From an uncultured Chloroflexia bacterium (GTDB taxonomy: Bacteria > Chloroflexota > Limnocylindria > Limnocylindrales > CSP1-4), in NCBI GenBank assembly GCA_963765245.1, contig CAVXVP010000032.1, positions 1,899 through 65,898 of the forward strand: 64,000 nucleotides of DNA, in the 5' to 3' direction. Both the position numbers and the translations under genes were made by a program. Shown piece after piece: positions 37,913 through 47,300 of this stretch; positions within the stretch are counted from its first letter, which is position 1, and the number at the start of each line of letters is the position of its first letter. Under the pieces are notes generated by a model, which was not told where the DNA came from, made no database searches, and saw only the letters and a program-made list of their open reading frames with translations.

Positions 37913-38248
37913 TTGTCCCCCTCGCCCGCCCGGGTCCGCGGCACGATCGCCGCGGCCGTCGCCCAGCCCGAGGAGCTGCGCCAGCTGCGTGCCTTCCACA
38001 AGGTCATGGCCGACGTGAACCGCCTGCGCATCGTCCGTCGCCTGGCCGAGAGCGAGGCGACCGTCGCGCAGCTCATCGCCCACGTCGGGCTGTCGCAGCC
38101 GCTCGTGTCGTGGCATCTCGGTCGCCTCCGCGCCGCCGGTGTCGTCGAGACGCGGCGCCAGGGCCGCGAGACGGTCTGCCGCCTGCGCGAGGAGGCGTTC
38201 AGCGAGTTCGCCGCCCGTGAGCGCGCGATCCTGGGCGTGGCGGGCTGA
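37913..38248 (+). CDS. ArsR/SmtB-family transcriptional regulator
   Basis: Intact 111-aa ORF (TTG start). FHKVMADVNRLRIVRRLAESEATVAQLIAHVGLSQPLVSWHLGRLRAAGVVETRRQGRETVCRL. Confidence 0.8.
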   Translation: MSPSPARVRGTIAAAVAQPEELRQLRAFHKVMADVNRLRIVRRLAESEATVAQLIAHVGLSQPLVSWHLGRLRAAGVVETRRQGRETVCRLREEAFSEFAARERAILGVAG

Positions 38249-38251
38249 CCG

Positions 38252-38924
38252 ATGACCATCTCGAACGAATCCCGCGGCGCGCATCAAGAAGATCTTCGAG
38301 CCGATCGCGCTCGCCATGGGCCGGATCGGCCTGACACCGAATGGGCTGACGCTGATCGGGTTCGCGATCACCGCCGTCGGGGCGGTCCTGACCGGCGCGC
38401 AGGCGTGGGTCATCGGCGGCATCGTCGTCTTCGTCGGCGGCGTCTTCGACATGTTCGACGGCACGCTGGCGCGCGCGACCGGCAAGGCCAGCAAGTTCGG
38501 CGCGTTCATGGACTCGACCTTCGACAAGCTCGGCGAGATCCTCGTCTTCATCGGCTGTATCGCCGCGCTGGCGAACTCGAACGTCGGGACGGTGCCGATC
38601 CTGGTGGCCGCCGGCGCCATGGGCGCATCGATCATGGTCAGCTACACCCGGGCGAAGTCCGACGCCCTCGGCTATTCCTCCGGGATGGGCCTGGCCGCGG
38701 TCGGCATCATGCCCCGCGAGATCCGCCTCGTGATCATCTCGCTCGGGATCGTCCTCACCGGGACGAGCATCGGCATCTCGGCCCTCGAGTTCGCCCTCGG
38801 CATCATCCTCGTTGGTGCGGTCATCACCGTCATCCAGCGGATCCTCCACGTCCAAAGCCAGGCCAAGTCGGCCGACAACCCCCCGGTCACCACGACCACC
38901 AACGAGACACGGAGTAGGACGTGA
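38252..38924 (+). CDS. pgsA: CDP-alcohol phosphatidyltransferase, phosphatidylinositol-phosphate synthase-like (one frame break near 38278)
   Basis: ATG 38252 (MTISNESR), then [28 protein letters not shown]... in the next frame. The signature [30 protein letters not shown] matches D-G-x2-A-R-x8-G-x3-D-x3-D. The gene is adjacent to ino1. Confidence 0.8.
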
Positions 38925-40168
38925 GCACCAACGGCAAGAACGGCAAGGGCGCCAGCAACGGCGTCACGCCGAGCAACACGTGGGCGGGTGCCGCCCGGCG
39001 CAAGGACGGCAAGATCCGGGTCGCCATCGTCGGCGTCGGCAACTGCGCGAGCAGCCTCGTCCAGGGCCGCTACTACTACGAGAACGCCAAGAAGGACGAC
39101 TTCGTCCCGGGCCTGATGCACGTCGACCTCGGCGGCTATCACGTCAAGGACATCGAGTTCGTCGCCGCCTTCGACATCGACAAGAACAAGGTCGGCAAGG
39201 ACCTGTCCGAGGCGATCTACACGAAGCCGAACAACACCTACGTCTTCCAGAAGGTCGAGCCGATCGGCGTGACCGTCGAGCGCGGGATGACCCACGACGG
39301 CCTCGGCAAGTACCTCAGCCAGATCATCGAGAAGGCGCCCGGCCCGACCGCCGACATCGTCGGCATCCTCAAGGAGCGCGAAGTCGACGTGATGGTCTCC
39401 TACCTCCCGGTCGGGAGCGAAGAGGCGACCAAGTGGTACGTCGAGCAGGCGCTGCGCGCCGGCGTCGCCTTCGTCAACGCCATCCCGGTCTTCATCGGTC
39501 GCGAGCCGTACTGGCAGCGCCGCTTCGCCGAGGCCGGCCTGCCGGTCATCGGTGACGACATCAAGAGCCAGGTCGGCGCGACGATCAGCCACCGCGTGCT
39601 GACCCGCCTGTTCATGGATCGTGGCGTCCGCCTCGATCGGACCTACCAGCTCAACTTCGGTGGCAACACCGACTTCCTGAACATGCTCGAGCGCGAGCGC
39701 CTCGAGTCCAAGAAGATCAGCAAGACCAACGCCGTGACGTCCATGCTCGACTACGAGATGGACCCCGACGACGTCCACGTCGGCCCGAGCGACCACGTGC
39801 CGTGGCTGCTCGACCGCAAGTGGTGCTACATCCGGATGGAGGGCACGACCTTCGGTGACGTGCCGCTCAACGCCGAGCTCAAGCTCGAGGTCTGGGACAG
39901 CCCCAACAGCGCGGGCGTCATCACCGACGCCATCCGCTGCCTGAAGCTCGGCCTGGACCGTGGCCTGAAGGGCACGCTCGTCGCGCCGTCGAGCTACTTC
40001 ATGAAGAGCCCGCCCCACCAGATCCACGACGACATCGCGTTCAACCGCGTCGAGGCGTTCATCCGCGGTGAGGACAACGAGACGCTCGTCGGCACCGAGG
40101 CGCCGGTGAAGAAGACCGTCAAGCGGATGGCCGGGACGAAGGCCAAGGTAGCCACCGCCGCCAGGTGA
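38921..40168 (+). CDS. ino1: myo-inositol-1-phosphate synthase
   Basis: Intact 415-aa ORF (GTG 38921 overlaps the pgsA stop). [18 protein letters not shown]...[34 protein letters not shown]...[17 protein letters not shown]...[15 protein letters not shown]...SKKISKT...[14 protein letters not shown]. Confidence 0.9.
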   Translation: MSTNGKNGKGASNGVTPSNTWAGAARRKDGKIRVAIVGVGNCASSLVQGRYYYENAKKDDFVPGLMHVDLGGYHVKDIEFVAAFDIDKNKVGKDLSEAIYTKPNNTYVFQKVEPIGVTVERGMTHDGLGKYLSQIIEKAPGPTADIVGILKEREVDVMVSYLPVGSEEATKWYVEQALRAGVAFVNAIPVFIGREPYWQRRFAEAGLPVIGDDIKSQVGATISHRVLTRLFMDRGVRLDRTYQLNFGGNTDFLNMLERERLESKKISKTNAVTSMLDYEMDPDDVHVGPSDHVPWLLDRKWCYIRMEGTTFGDVPLNAELKLEVWDSPNSAGVITDAIRCLKLGLDRGLKGTLVAPSSYFMKSPPHQIHDDIAFNRVEAFIRGEDNETLVGTEAPVKKTVKRMAGTKAKVATAAR

Positions 40169-41226
40169 CCGACGGCGAACGACGCCTCGAGGCGCCCAAC
40201 CGGCGCGGAGGGGCGAGCCCCAGGATCGTGGAGCGGGCGGCCGTCGTCGGCTACCGCTCCGCCTCGTGGCTGCTCCGGACGTTGCCCGCCGCCCCGACGA
40301 GCGCGGTGCTCGGCCTGGGCGCCCAGGGGTCGTACCTGCTCTGGCCCAAGAAGCGCGACTGGTCGAACCAGAACTTCGGGCACGTCCTGGGTCTCCCGCC
40401 CGACGACCCGCGGGTCCGCCGGCTGGCGTTACGCGCCTATCGCGAGTACGGGCGTTACCTCGTCGAGCTGATGCGCGTCCCGTTCCTGCCACCCGATGAG
40501 GTCGCCGCCCTCGTCGAGCCGCTCGACCCGGTCGAGATCCAGCGCATCCGCGATGGGTCGCCCGTCGGCGGCCTTATCATCACGGCGGCCCACGTCGGCA
40601 ACAACGACCTCGTCGGGGCGTCGATCGCCGGGCTGGGTCTGCCGCTCAACGTGGTCGCCGACAATTCTGCGTTCCCCGAGCTGTTCGACTACCTCCGCGC
40701 GCAACGCGAGCAGTGGCACGCCACGCTCATCCCGTGGCGCAACCTGCGGGCGATCTTCGGCGTGCTTCGCCGGCGCGAGCTGCTCGGCCTCCTGGTCGAC
40801 TGGGGCTACCGCAGCGACGGCATCCCGGTGAAGCTGTTCGATGCCTGGACGACGTTGCCGGCCGGGCCGGCCACGCTGGCCGCCAAGACGTCGTCGCGGA
40901 TCGTGCCGGCGATCACGACCCGCCAGAAGGACGGCCGCGTTCGCGTCGTCCTGGCCGAGCCGATCTCGGTCGCCTCGTCCGACCCGGCCGATCTCCAGCG
41001 CGCGACCCAGGCCATCGCCGACGCGGTCGCCGAGTCCATCCGGCCTGCACCCGAGCAGTGGTACAGCTTCAAGCCGATCTGGCCGGCGACGGAGGCCGAG
41101 GGGGCCGACCTCGAACGCCGCGCACTCGCGATGCAGGCCGGGCGACCCGACCCCGGACCCTCCCGCGATCTGCCCCGCGACGAGGCCGACCAGGTCGAGG
41201 CGGACCGGGTCGGGGCAACGCCATGA
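40165..41226 (+). CDS. LpxL/HtrB-family lipid acyltransferase (PIM acyltransferase-like), copy 1
   Basis: Intact 353-aa ORF (GTG 40165 overlaps the ino1 stop). FGHVLGL...[13 protein letters not shown]...[14 protein letters not shown] (HX4D)...LLGLLVDWG...[18 protein letters not shown]. The position after pgsA/ino1 parallels the mycobacterial pgsA1-acyltransferase-pimA arrangement. Confidence 0.75.
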   Translation: MTDGERRLEAPNRRGGASPRIVERAAVVGYRSASWLLRTLPAAPTSAVLGLGAQGSYLLWPKKRDWSNQNFGHVLGLPPDDPRVRRLALRAYREYGRYLVELMRVPFLPPDEVAALVEPLDPVEIQRIRDGSPVGGLIITAAHVGNNDLVGASIAGLGLPLNVVADNSAFPELFDYLRAQREQWHATLIPWRNLRAIFGVLRRRELLGLLVDWGYRSDGIPVKLFDAWTTLPAGPATLAAKTSSRIVPAITTRQKDGRVRVVLAEPISVASSDPADLQRATQAIADAVAESIRPAPEQWYSFKPIWPATEAEGADLERRALAMQAGRPDPGPSRDLPRDEADQVEADRVGATP

Positions 41227-42207
41227 CGATCCGTGGCCGCCTGATGCTGACCGCCTCGTGGCTGGCCTGCCGCCTACCGGAGGGCCCGCTCTACGGGCTC
41301 GCCGAGCTGATCGGCGAGCTCTGGTACCGGCTGACGCCCGGTCGCGCCGCGCAGGCTCGTCGCAACCTCCGACGGGTCGTGCAAGCCCTCGCCGAGTCCG
41401 GACGCGGGAGCACTTCCGTCCGGGCCGCCGCCAGCGACCCCCGAGCGCTGGAGACGGCTCGTCCGCTCGGCGTATCGCCACGCCGCTCGCTACTACGTCG
41501 AGGTCGCGCGCAACCCGAGCGTCACGCCGGCCTTCGTCGATGAGCGCCTGGCGCTCGACACGCCCGAGCTGATCGCCGAGGCCGTCGTGCCGGGCAAGGC
41601 GGTGCTGTTCGTCGGGCTCCATTTCGGCTCGGTGGAGATGGCCGTGATCTTCCTCGCGTTCCGGGTCGGCGAGACGGTGACGCCGATGGAGACGATCGAG
41701 GACGCCGGCCTGCAGGCCTACTTCGAGCGCACGCGGGGCGTGGCGGGGATCCGTCTCGTCGGCCTGCGCGAGGCTCGCCGCGAGCTGACGCACGCGCTCC
41801 GCAACGGCATCCCGGTCGGGCTCGTCGGGGACCGCGACCTGACCGGCGGCGGGACCCTCGTCCCGCTCTTCGGAGCACCTGCCCTCATGCCGATGGGGCC
41901 GGCGATGCTCGCCGTCGAGACAGGCGTGCCAACGTACGGGATGACCGTCCGGCGCGCGGCGGAGGAGGGGCACTTTCGCGGCAAGATCATCCCGATCGAC
42001 GTCCCCGCAGAGGGGACGCGCCGCGAACGGGTGACGACCACGATGACCCGCCTGGCCGCCGCGTTCGAGGACCTCATCGCCGACGCCCCCGACCAGTGGT
42101 GGGCGGTCTTCTTCCCGATCTGGCCGGATCTCGAGGCTGAGGCGGGCGGCCGCCGCGACGGCCGCGGCGGCCTCCGACGACAGCCCGGGCGCCCGAGGGG
42201 CCGCCGC
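41223..42207 (+). CDS. LpxL/HtrB-family lipid acyltransferase, copy 2 (one frame break near 41454; as sequenced it reads in frame into the PHP gene)
   Basis: ATG 41223 overlaps the upstream stop. LPEGPLYGLAELIGELWYRLTPGRAAQARRNLRRV, then RSAYRHAARYYVEVAR...GKAVLFVGLHFGSVEMAV (HX4E)...VGLVGDRDLTGGG...FGAPALMPMGPAMLAVETGVPTY...DQWWAVFFPIW. An alternative frame ends in an Ala-rich tail whose TGA overlaps ATG 42208. Confidence 0.65.
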
Positions 42208-43038
42208 ATGACCGACGCCACGCCCCGCCTCGGTCGTGCGGACCTGCACATCCACACGCTCGCCAGCGATGGCACGGCCGGCATCGCCGCGATCCTCGAC
42301 CACGTCGAGGTACGGACCGACCTCGACGTCATCGCCATCACCGATCACGAACGGATCGATGCGGCGGTCGCGGCCCAGGCGATCGCCCGCGATCGCGGCC
42401 TGCGCGCCGAGGTCGTCGTCGGCGAAGAGGTGACCACCCTCGGCGGCCACCTGCTGGGGCTCTACCTCGACCGCCCGATCCGGCCCTACCGCTCGCTCCG
42501 GACATCGATCCTGGCCGTGCATGAGGCCGGCGGTCTGGCCATCCCGGCCCATCCCCTGGTCCCATACCCGCTGTGTGCCCAGGGCTGGGTGCTGCGCCGC
42601 CTCCTCGACGACCCTGACCCGGCCGCCCGGCCCGACGGTCTCGAGACGTTCAATCCGACCAGCCTCGGCAAGCCGTGGCATCGTCGCGTCGTCCGCTTCG
42701 CCGACGACAACGGGATGGCCCACGTCGGCAACAGCGACGCCCACGCTCTCGAGGCGATCGGGACCGGCTGGACGACCTTCCCCGGCCGCACCGCCGCGGA
42801 GCTCCGACAGGCGATCGAGACCGGAACGACCGAGCACGGTGGCACCTTCCACGAGACGGCCGGTCAGCTCGGGACGTTCGGCAATCAGCTGCGCAAGCGC
42901 GGCCGCGACGCGCGCGACGAGGTCGCCGGCCGCGTCCGGCGCGACGGAACCGGGCGCGACCACGGCTATCCGGGCGGCCGCCTCCGACCACCTCGCTACG
43001 AATCCGAACCTGAGCCCGGGAGCCCGGAGCGCCGATGA
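42208..43038 (+). CDS. PHP-domain metal-dependent phosphoesterase
   Basis: ATG start at 42208. RADLHIHTLASDGT...DVIAITDHERID...VVVGEEVTT..GHLLGLY...GGLAIPAHP...LETFNP...AHVGNSDAHALEAIG, the typical PHP His/Asp motifs. The stop overlaps the pimA ATG (ATGA). Confidence 0.75.
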   Translation: MTDATPRLGRADLHIHTLASDGTAGIAAILDHVEVRTDLDVIAITDHERIDAAVAAQAIARDRGLRAEVVVGEEVTTLGGHLLGLYLDRPIRPYRSLRTSILAVHEAGGLAIPAHPLVPYPLCAQGWVLRRLLDDPDPAARPDGLETFNPTSLGKPWHRRVVRFADDNGMAHVGNSDAHALEAIGTGWTTFPGRTAAELRQAIETGTTEHGGTFHETAGQLGTFGNQLRKRGRDARDEVAGRVRRDGTGRDHGYPGGRLRPPRYESEPEPGSPERR

Positions 43039-44303
43039 AGATCGGCCTGGTCTGCCCGTACATCTACCCCGAGCGCGGTGGCGTCGCCCAGCACGTCCAG
43101 CACCTCTACGAGAACCTGCGGCTGCGCGGTCACGACGTCCGCATCATCACCGCCAGCCACGGTCCTCAGCGCGCATCCGAGGGCGACATCCTGCGGATCG
43201 GGGTCGGCTTCAGCGTCCCGCTCAACGGGTCCATCGGCACGCTGACGTTCTCGCCGCGCTACGTCAGCCAGGTGCGCGAGCTGCTCGATCGCGAGCGCTT
43301 CGACGTCCTCCACCTCCACGAGCCCTTCGTCCCGCTGCTGTCGCTCTTCCTCCTGCGCGAGTCGCGCAGCGTCAACATCGCGACCTTCCACGCCTACGCG
43401 GGTTTCTCGCCGTCATACGAGGTCGGCAGCCGGGTCATGAAGGACCACGCGGCACGGCTCCACGGCCGGATCGCGGTGAGCGCGGCGGCTCGCCATTTCA
43501 TCGACCGCTTCTTCCCGGGCGACTACAAGATCATCCCCAACGGCGTCGACATCCCGCGCTTCGCCGGCGCCGTCCCGCTGGCACGCTGGCAGGACGGCAC
43601 ACCCAACGTCCTGTTCGTCGGTCGTCACGAACCGCGCAAGGGCCTGCTCGACCTGCTCAAGGCCCATCGCATCCTGCGCCGGACCGGGTACGAGGACCGG
43701 CTCCTGGTCGTCGGTTCGGGGCCGCAGGAGCGCGAGGCGCGCCGCTACGTCGCGACCCGCGGCCTCCAGGCGGTCGAATTCCTCGGTCGTGTGAGCGACC
43801 GCGAGAAGGCACAGCTCTTCCGCACGGCCGACGTCTTCGCGTCGCCGGCGACCGGTGGCGAATCCTTCGGGATCGTCCTGCTCGAGGCGATGGCCGCCGG
43901 CGCCCCGATCGTGGCCTCCGACATCCATGGCTACAAGGGCGTCGTCCGACGGGGGCGCGAGGGCCTCCTCGTCCCGCCGCACGAGCCCAAGGAACTGGCC
44001 ACCGCGATCGCCAGGCTGCTCGACGACCCGCTGCTGCGGGTCGAGATGAGCGCCGCGGGCCGTGCGCGAGCCGAGCAGTTCAGCTGGCCACGGGTGACCG
44101 CCAAGGTCGACGACTACTACGGCTTCGTCATCCGCCGGCTGGCCGCGACCGGCCAGCTGCCCGAGGATTTCCGGTCGCCGGTGCCTCAGGCCCCGTCGGT
44201 CCGGGCGAGGCTCTCAGTGTCCCCGGACGACCCCGACGCTCCGGGCGCACCGGGCGCCGCCAGCCTTTCGGCCATGGTCAGCCGCCACGCCCAGGTCGAA
44301 TAG
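43035..44303 (+). CDS. pimA: GT4 glycosyltransferase, phosphatidylinositol alpha-mannosyltransferase PimA-like
   Basis: Intact 422-aa ORF. MKIGLVCPYIYPERGGVAQHV...FDVLHLHEP...NGVD...LFVGRHEPRKGL...ADVFASPATGGESFGIVLLEAMAAGAPIVASD (EX7E region). It lies in the operon with pgsA, ino1 and the acyltransferases. The C-terminal ~40 aa may be read-through. Confidence 0.8.
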   Translation: MKIGLVCPYIYPERGGVAQHVQHLYENLRLRGHDVRIITASHGPQRASEGDILRIGVGFSVPLNGSIGTLTFSPRYVSQVRELLDRERFDVLHLHEPFVPLLSLFLLRESRSVNIATFHAYAGFSPSYEVGSRVMKDHAARLHGRIAVSAAARHFIDRFFPGDYKIIPNGVDIPRFAGAVPLARWQDGTPNVLFVGRHEPRKGLLDLLKAHRILRRTGYEDRLLVVGSGPQEREARRYVATRGLQAVEFLGRVSDREKAQLFRTADVFASPATGGESFGIVLLEAMAAGAPIVASDIHGYKGVVRRGREGLLVPPHEPKELATAIARLLDDPLLRVEMSAAGRARAEQFSWPRVTAKVDDYYGFVIRRLAATGQLPEDFRSPVPQAPSVRARLSVSPDDPDAPGAPGAASLSAMVSRHAQVE

Positions 44304-47300
44304 GCGACCACCAGACAGGTCACGGTCAGGGCTACCACCAGGACCGCCAGGGTCGGCGTGAAGAGCGGCGTGTTCACGTTCCGGGTAACGGTGCTGACCG
44401 GGAACTGGAAGGCGTACAGGTAGGTCGGCAGGATGCCCTGATACGCGGCCACGACGGCCGCCGGGAGCGGCAGCGCGCTGATGTTCGGGTACAGGATCAC
44501 GAACCACGCGACGACCGCCACCCCGAACCCGACGACGAACCGTCTCGCATCGCGTGAGGCCATGACCTGGAGCGCCAGGTAGCCGAGCGGGATGCCAACG
44601 ACCAGGGCGATCGGCTCGACCGGGACGTTGGTCAGGGTCAGGATCGCGGTGTCGGGCAGGAGCGAGACCACGGCCAACGCGACCGCGACCCCGAGCCCGG
44701 TCCAGAACAGCGATCGGTAAGCGGCGGCCATCTGGTCCCGCCCGACCTCGCGACCGTCCGTCGACTCGAACGCAAGGAAGCGCCGGATGATGAAGAAGAG
44801 GCCGATCCCGATCACGATCGCCAGTGCCAGCGTGCGCACGGTCAGCACGAACTCCGGGATGACCGCCGGGCAGGCCTGCGACCCCGGGTTGACGCGCTCG
44901 ACGCCGACGACGGCGCACAGAGGCCGGTCGAGCAGCCACATCGCCGCCGGGGCAACGATCGCGACCGCGGCGGCGACCCGGGCGAGTGCCCAGGTGTGGC
45001 GCGACGCGCCATGCCACAGCTCCGCGAAGAAATAGGCGAGCGACATCACCACGAACGGCAGCGCCGTGTAGTAGTGGTACTGGAACGCGGCGCGGTCGAT
45101 TCGCGCCCACGGGATCCACTGCGCGGCAAACCCGACGGCGATCAGCGTCAGCGCCAGGCTCCGGCGCCGGAACGCCATCCACGAGACGAACGCCAGCGCC
45201 GGGATCCCGAGCCACCAGATGACGAGGCTGCCCGCGTCGTAGAGCGCGGCGGAGGTGCCTGCGGCGAGCCCCTCCTGGTAGAACCAGACCGGCTTGAGGT
45301 TCATCGGCCACGCCCACCACGGGGAGGACGCCGGGTGGGCCGCCGTCAGTCCGTTGTGATAGCCATACATCTGCCCGGTCAGGTCGAGCAGCGTCTGGCC
45401 GGTGTGACCAGGCGGCCAGCCCGGGACGAGCTGGTGGTTCTCGACCATCGCCCACGGGATATAGGTCAGGATGTAGACGCCGACCGGGAGTGCGATCAGG
45501 CAGACGAGCGCCCAGACGACCGGGATGCCAAGCGCCCAGCCGAGCCTGAGCCAGCCGTCAGGAGGCGTGCCCGGCGGGTCGAGCAGCAGGATAGGGTCGT
45601 CGGGATCCGGCGGGCCGGCCAGCGGGCCGAACCCGTAGCGTCCACCCAACCAGAACAGGCCGAAGACGACCAGCGACCCGAACCCCAGGGCGATCGCGAG
45701 CAGCAACGGCGTCGCCGAGAGCGAGCCCAGGGCGACCACGCTTGAAAGACGGCCGGTCGCGAGGGCGCCGAAGAAGACCAGGCCGCCCAGCGCCGCCGGG
45801 GCGATCACCGCGAACCGCATCTCCTCGTCGGTCCACGCGATCGGATGGAGGACCGCGACGACCACGGCGAGCAGCGTCAGGGCGACCATGATGAACAGGA
45901 ACGTCAGGTTGCCGAACCCCGGATCGCCGCCGGGCGTCGCCGCCGGCACGCTGATCGCGATGTAGCCGAGGACCCCGGTGATGCCGATGAGCCCGAGGAT
46001 CGCGAGCACGCGTCCGAGCGCGCTGCGCACCAGGAGCAGCAGCAGCAGAGCACCGATGGCGTAGGCGGCCACCCACTTGCTGGCAAGGGCAAGACCGAGC
46101 AGCACGCCCATCATCGGCATCGCCAGCCAGAACGCGGCCCTGCCCTTCCACCAGCCCGTCCAGACGGCCGCGAAGACCGTGTACGCCGCGACGATGAACA
46201 AGCCGACGTAGACGTCGTTCATGCCGATCCGCGACTGGACGAAGAACATCCCGTCGGCGATCACGAACAGGCCGACGAGCGCGGCCACGAGGCGGCGCCG
46301 GAACAGGATCCGCGTCAGCAGGTAGATGAGGGCCGCGGTCAGGGCGCCTGCGATGACGCCGGGCAGCCGCCAGGCGAAGGCGTGCGACCCGGCGTCGATC
46401 GACGCCATGGTCCCGGCCTTGTCGAAGACCATGATCTGCTGCCTGTCGGACGCGGGGTAGTCGGGATTGAAGTCGGAGCCCCAGGCGCTCGCCGTGAACC
46501 CGTCGGGCAGGCGGGCGTCGGCGAAGACTGCGTTGCCGTGCGGCTCGACGACGTAGACCGTCCACGGTCCGGCGGCGGAGGTCACGCCCGGCGCAAGACC
46601 GAGGATGTGGACCATCTGGCTGGCCGCGTCATAGGCGATCCAGGTGCCGGGCGCCGGCAGTGGCTGGAGACCGAGGCCCCACTGCGCGCCCTGGTCGGTC
46701 GGGCCGTTCTTGGCCGGGTCGCCACCGACGGCGATGACGTCGTAGCTCGGCTTCTCCGCACCGCCGGACGTCGCAAACAGCTTCGGGATATCGAGTCCGG
46801 TCACCATGGCCAGGCCGTGCGCCCCGCCGTCGAGCGCGATGGTCGACAGGCGCGCGGCGCCGTCGGGGACGATGAACTCGACTCCGACGTCGGCCGCGAC
46901 CGCGATCCGTGGCAGCGTATCGACGGCGACGCCGGTCAGCGTGCCGTCGGCGATCGCGGCGTCGAGGTCGGTCCGCGCCTTGCCACTGCCAGCCTGGCCG
47001 AGGACGACGGTCGTGCCGGGCGCGACGCCTGTCATCCGCGCCTCGTAGTCCGACGCATCGGTCCCCAGGATGCGGGCGACGCTCTTGGCAAGGGCCGCCA
47101 CATCCGTCCCGGTGTCGACGACGGCGGTCAGGGCCGGCCCGGTCCCGCCCGGCGCAAGGTCTGCGATGCCCGGCAGATCGATCGTGCCCAGGACGGTCGC
47201 CCCGTCCAGGCTGATGGTCGTGAGCTGGTCGGACGATGCGGCCGCGAGCGTGGTCCCGTCGGTCATGACCAGCAGGTGGTCGACCGGGTGGTCCACGGTC

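Noticed and set aside
44186-44303. A 118-bp convergent overlap between pimA and the 1883-aa GT-C gene, as a possible antisense regulatory feature
   Set aside because: Both tails are low-complexity (Ala/Pro/Gly/Ser-rich). In this GC-rich, stop-poor sequence, one or both ORFs probably run past their functional C-termini, and an undetected indel could also move either stop.
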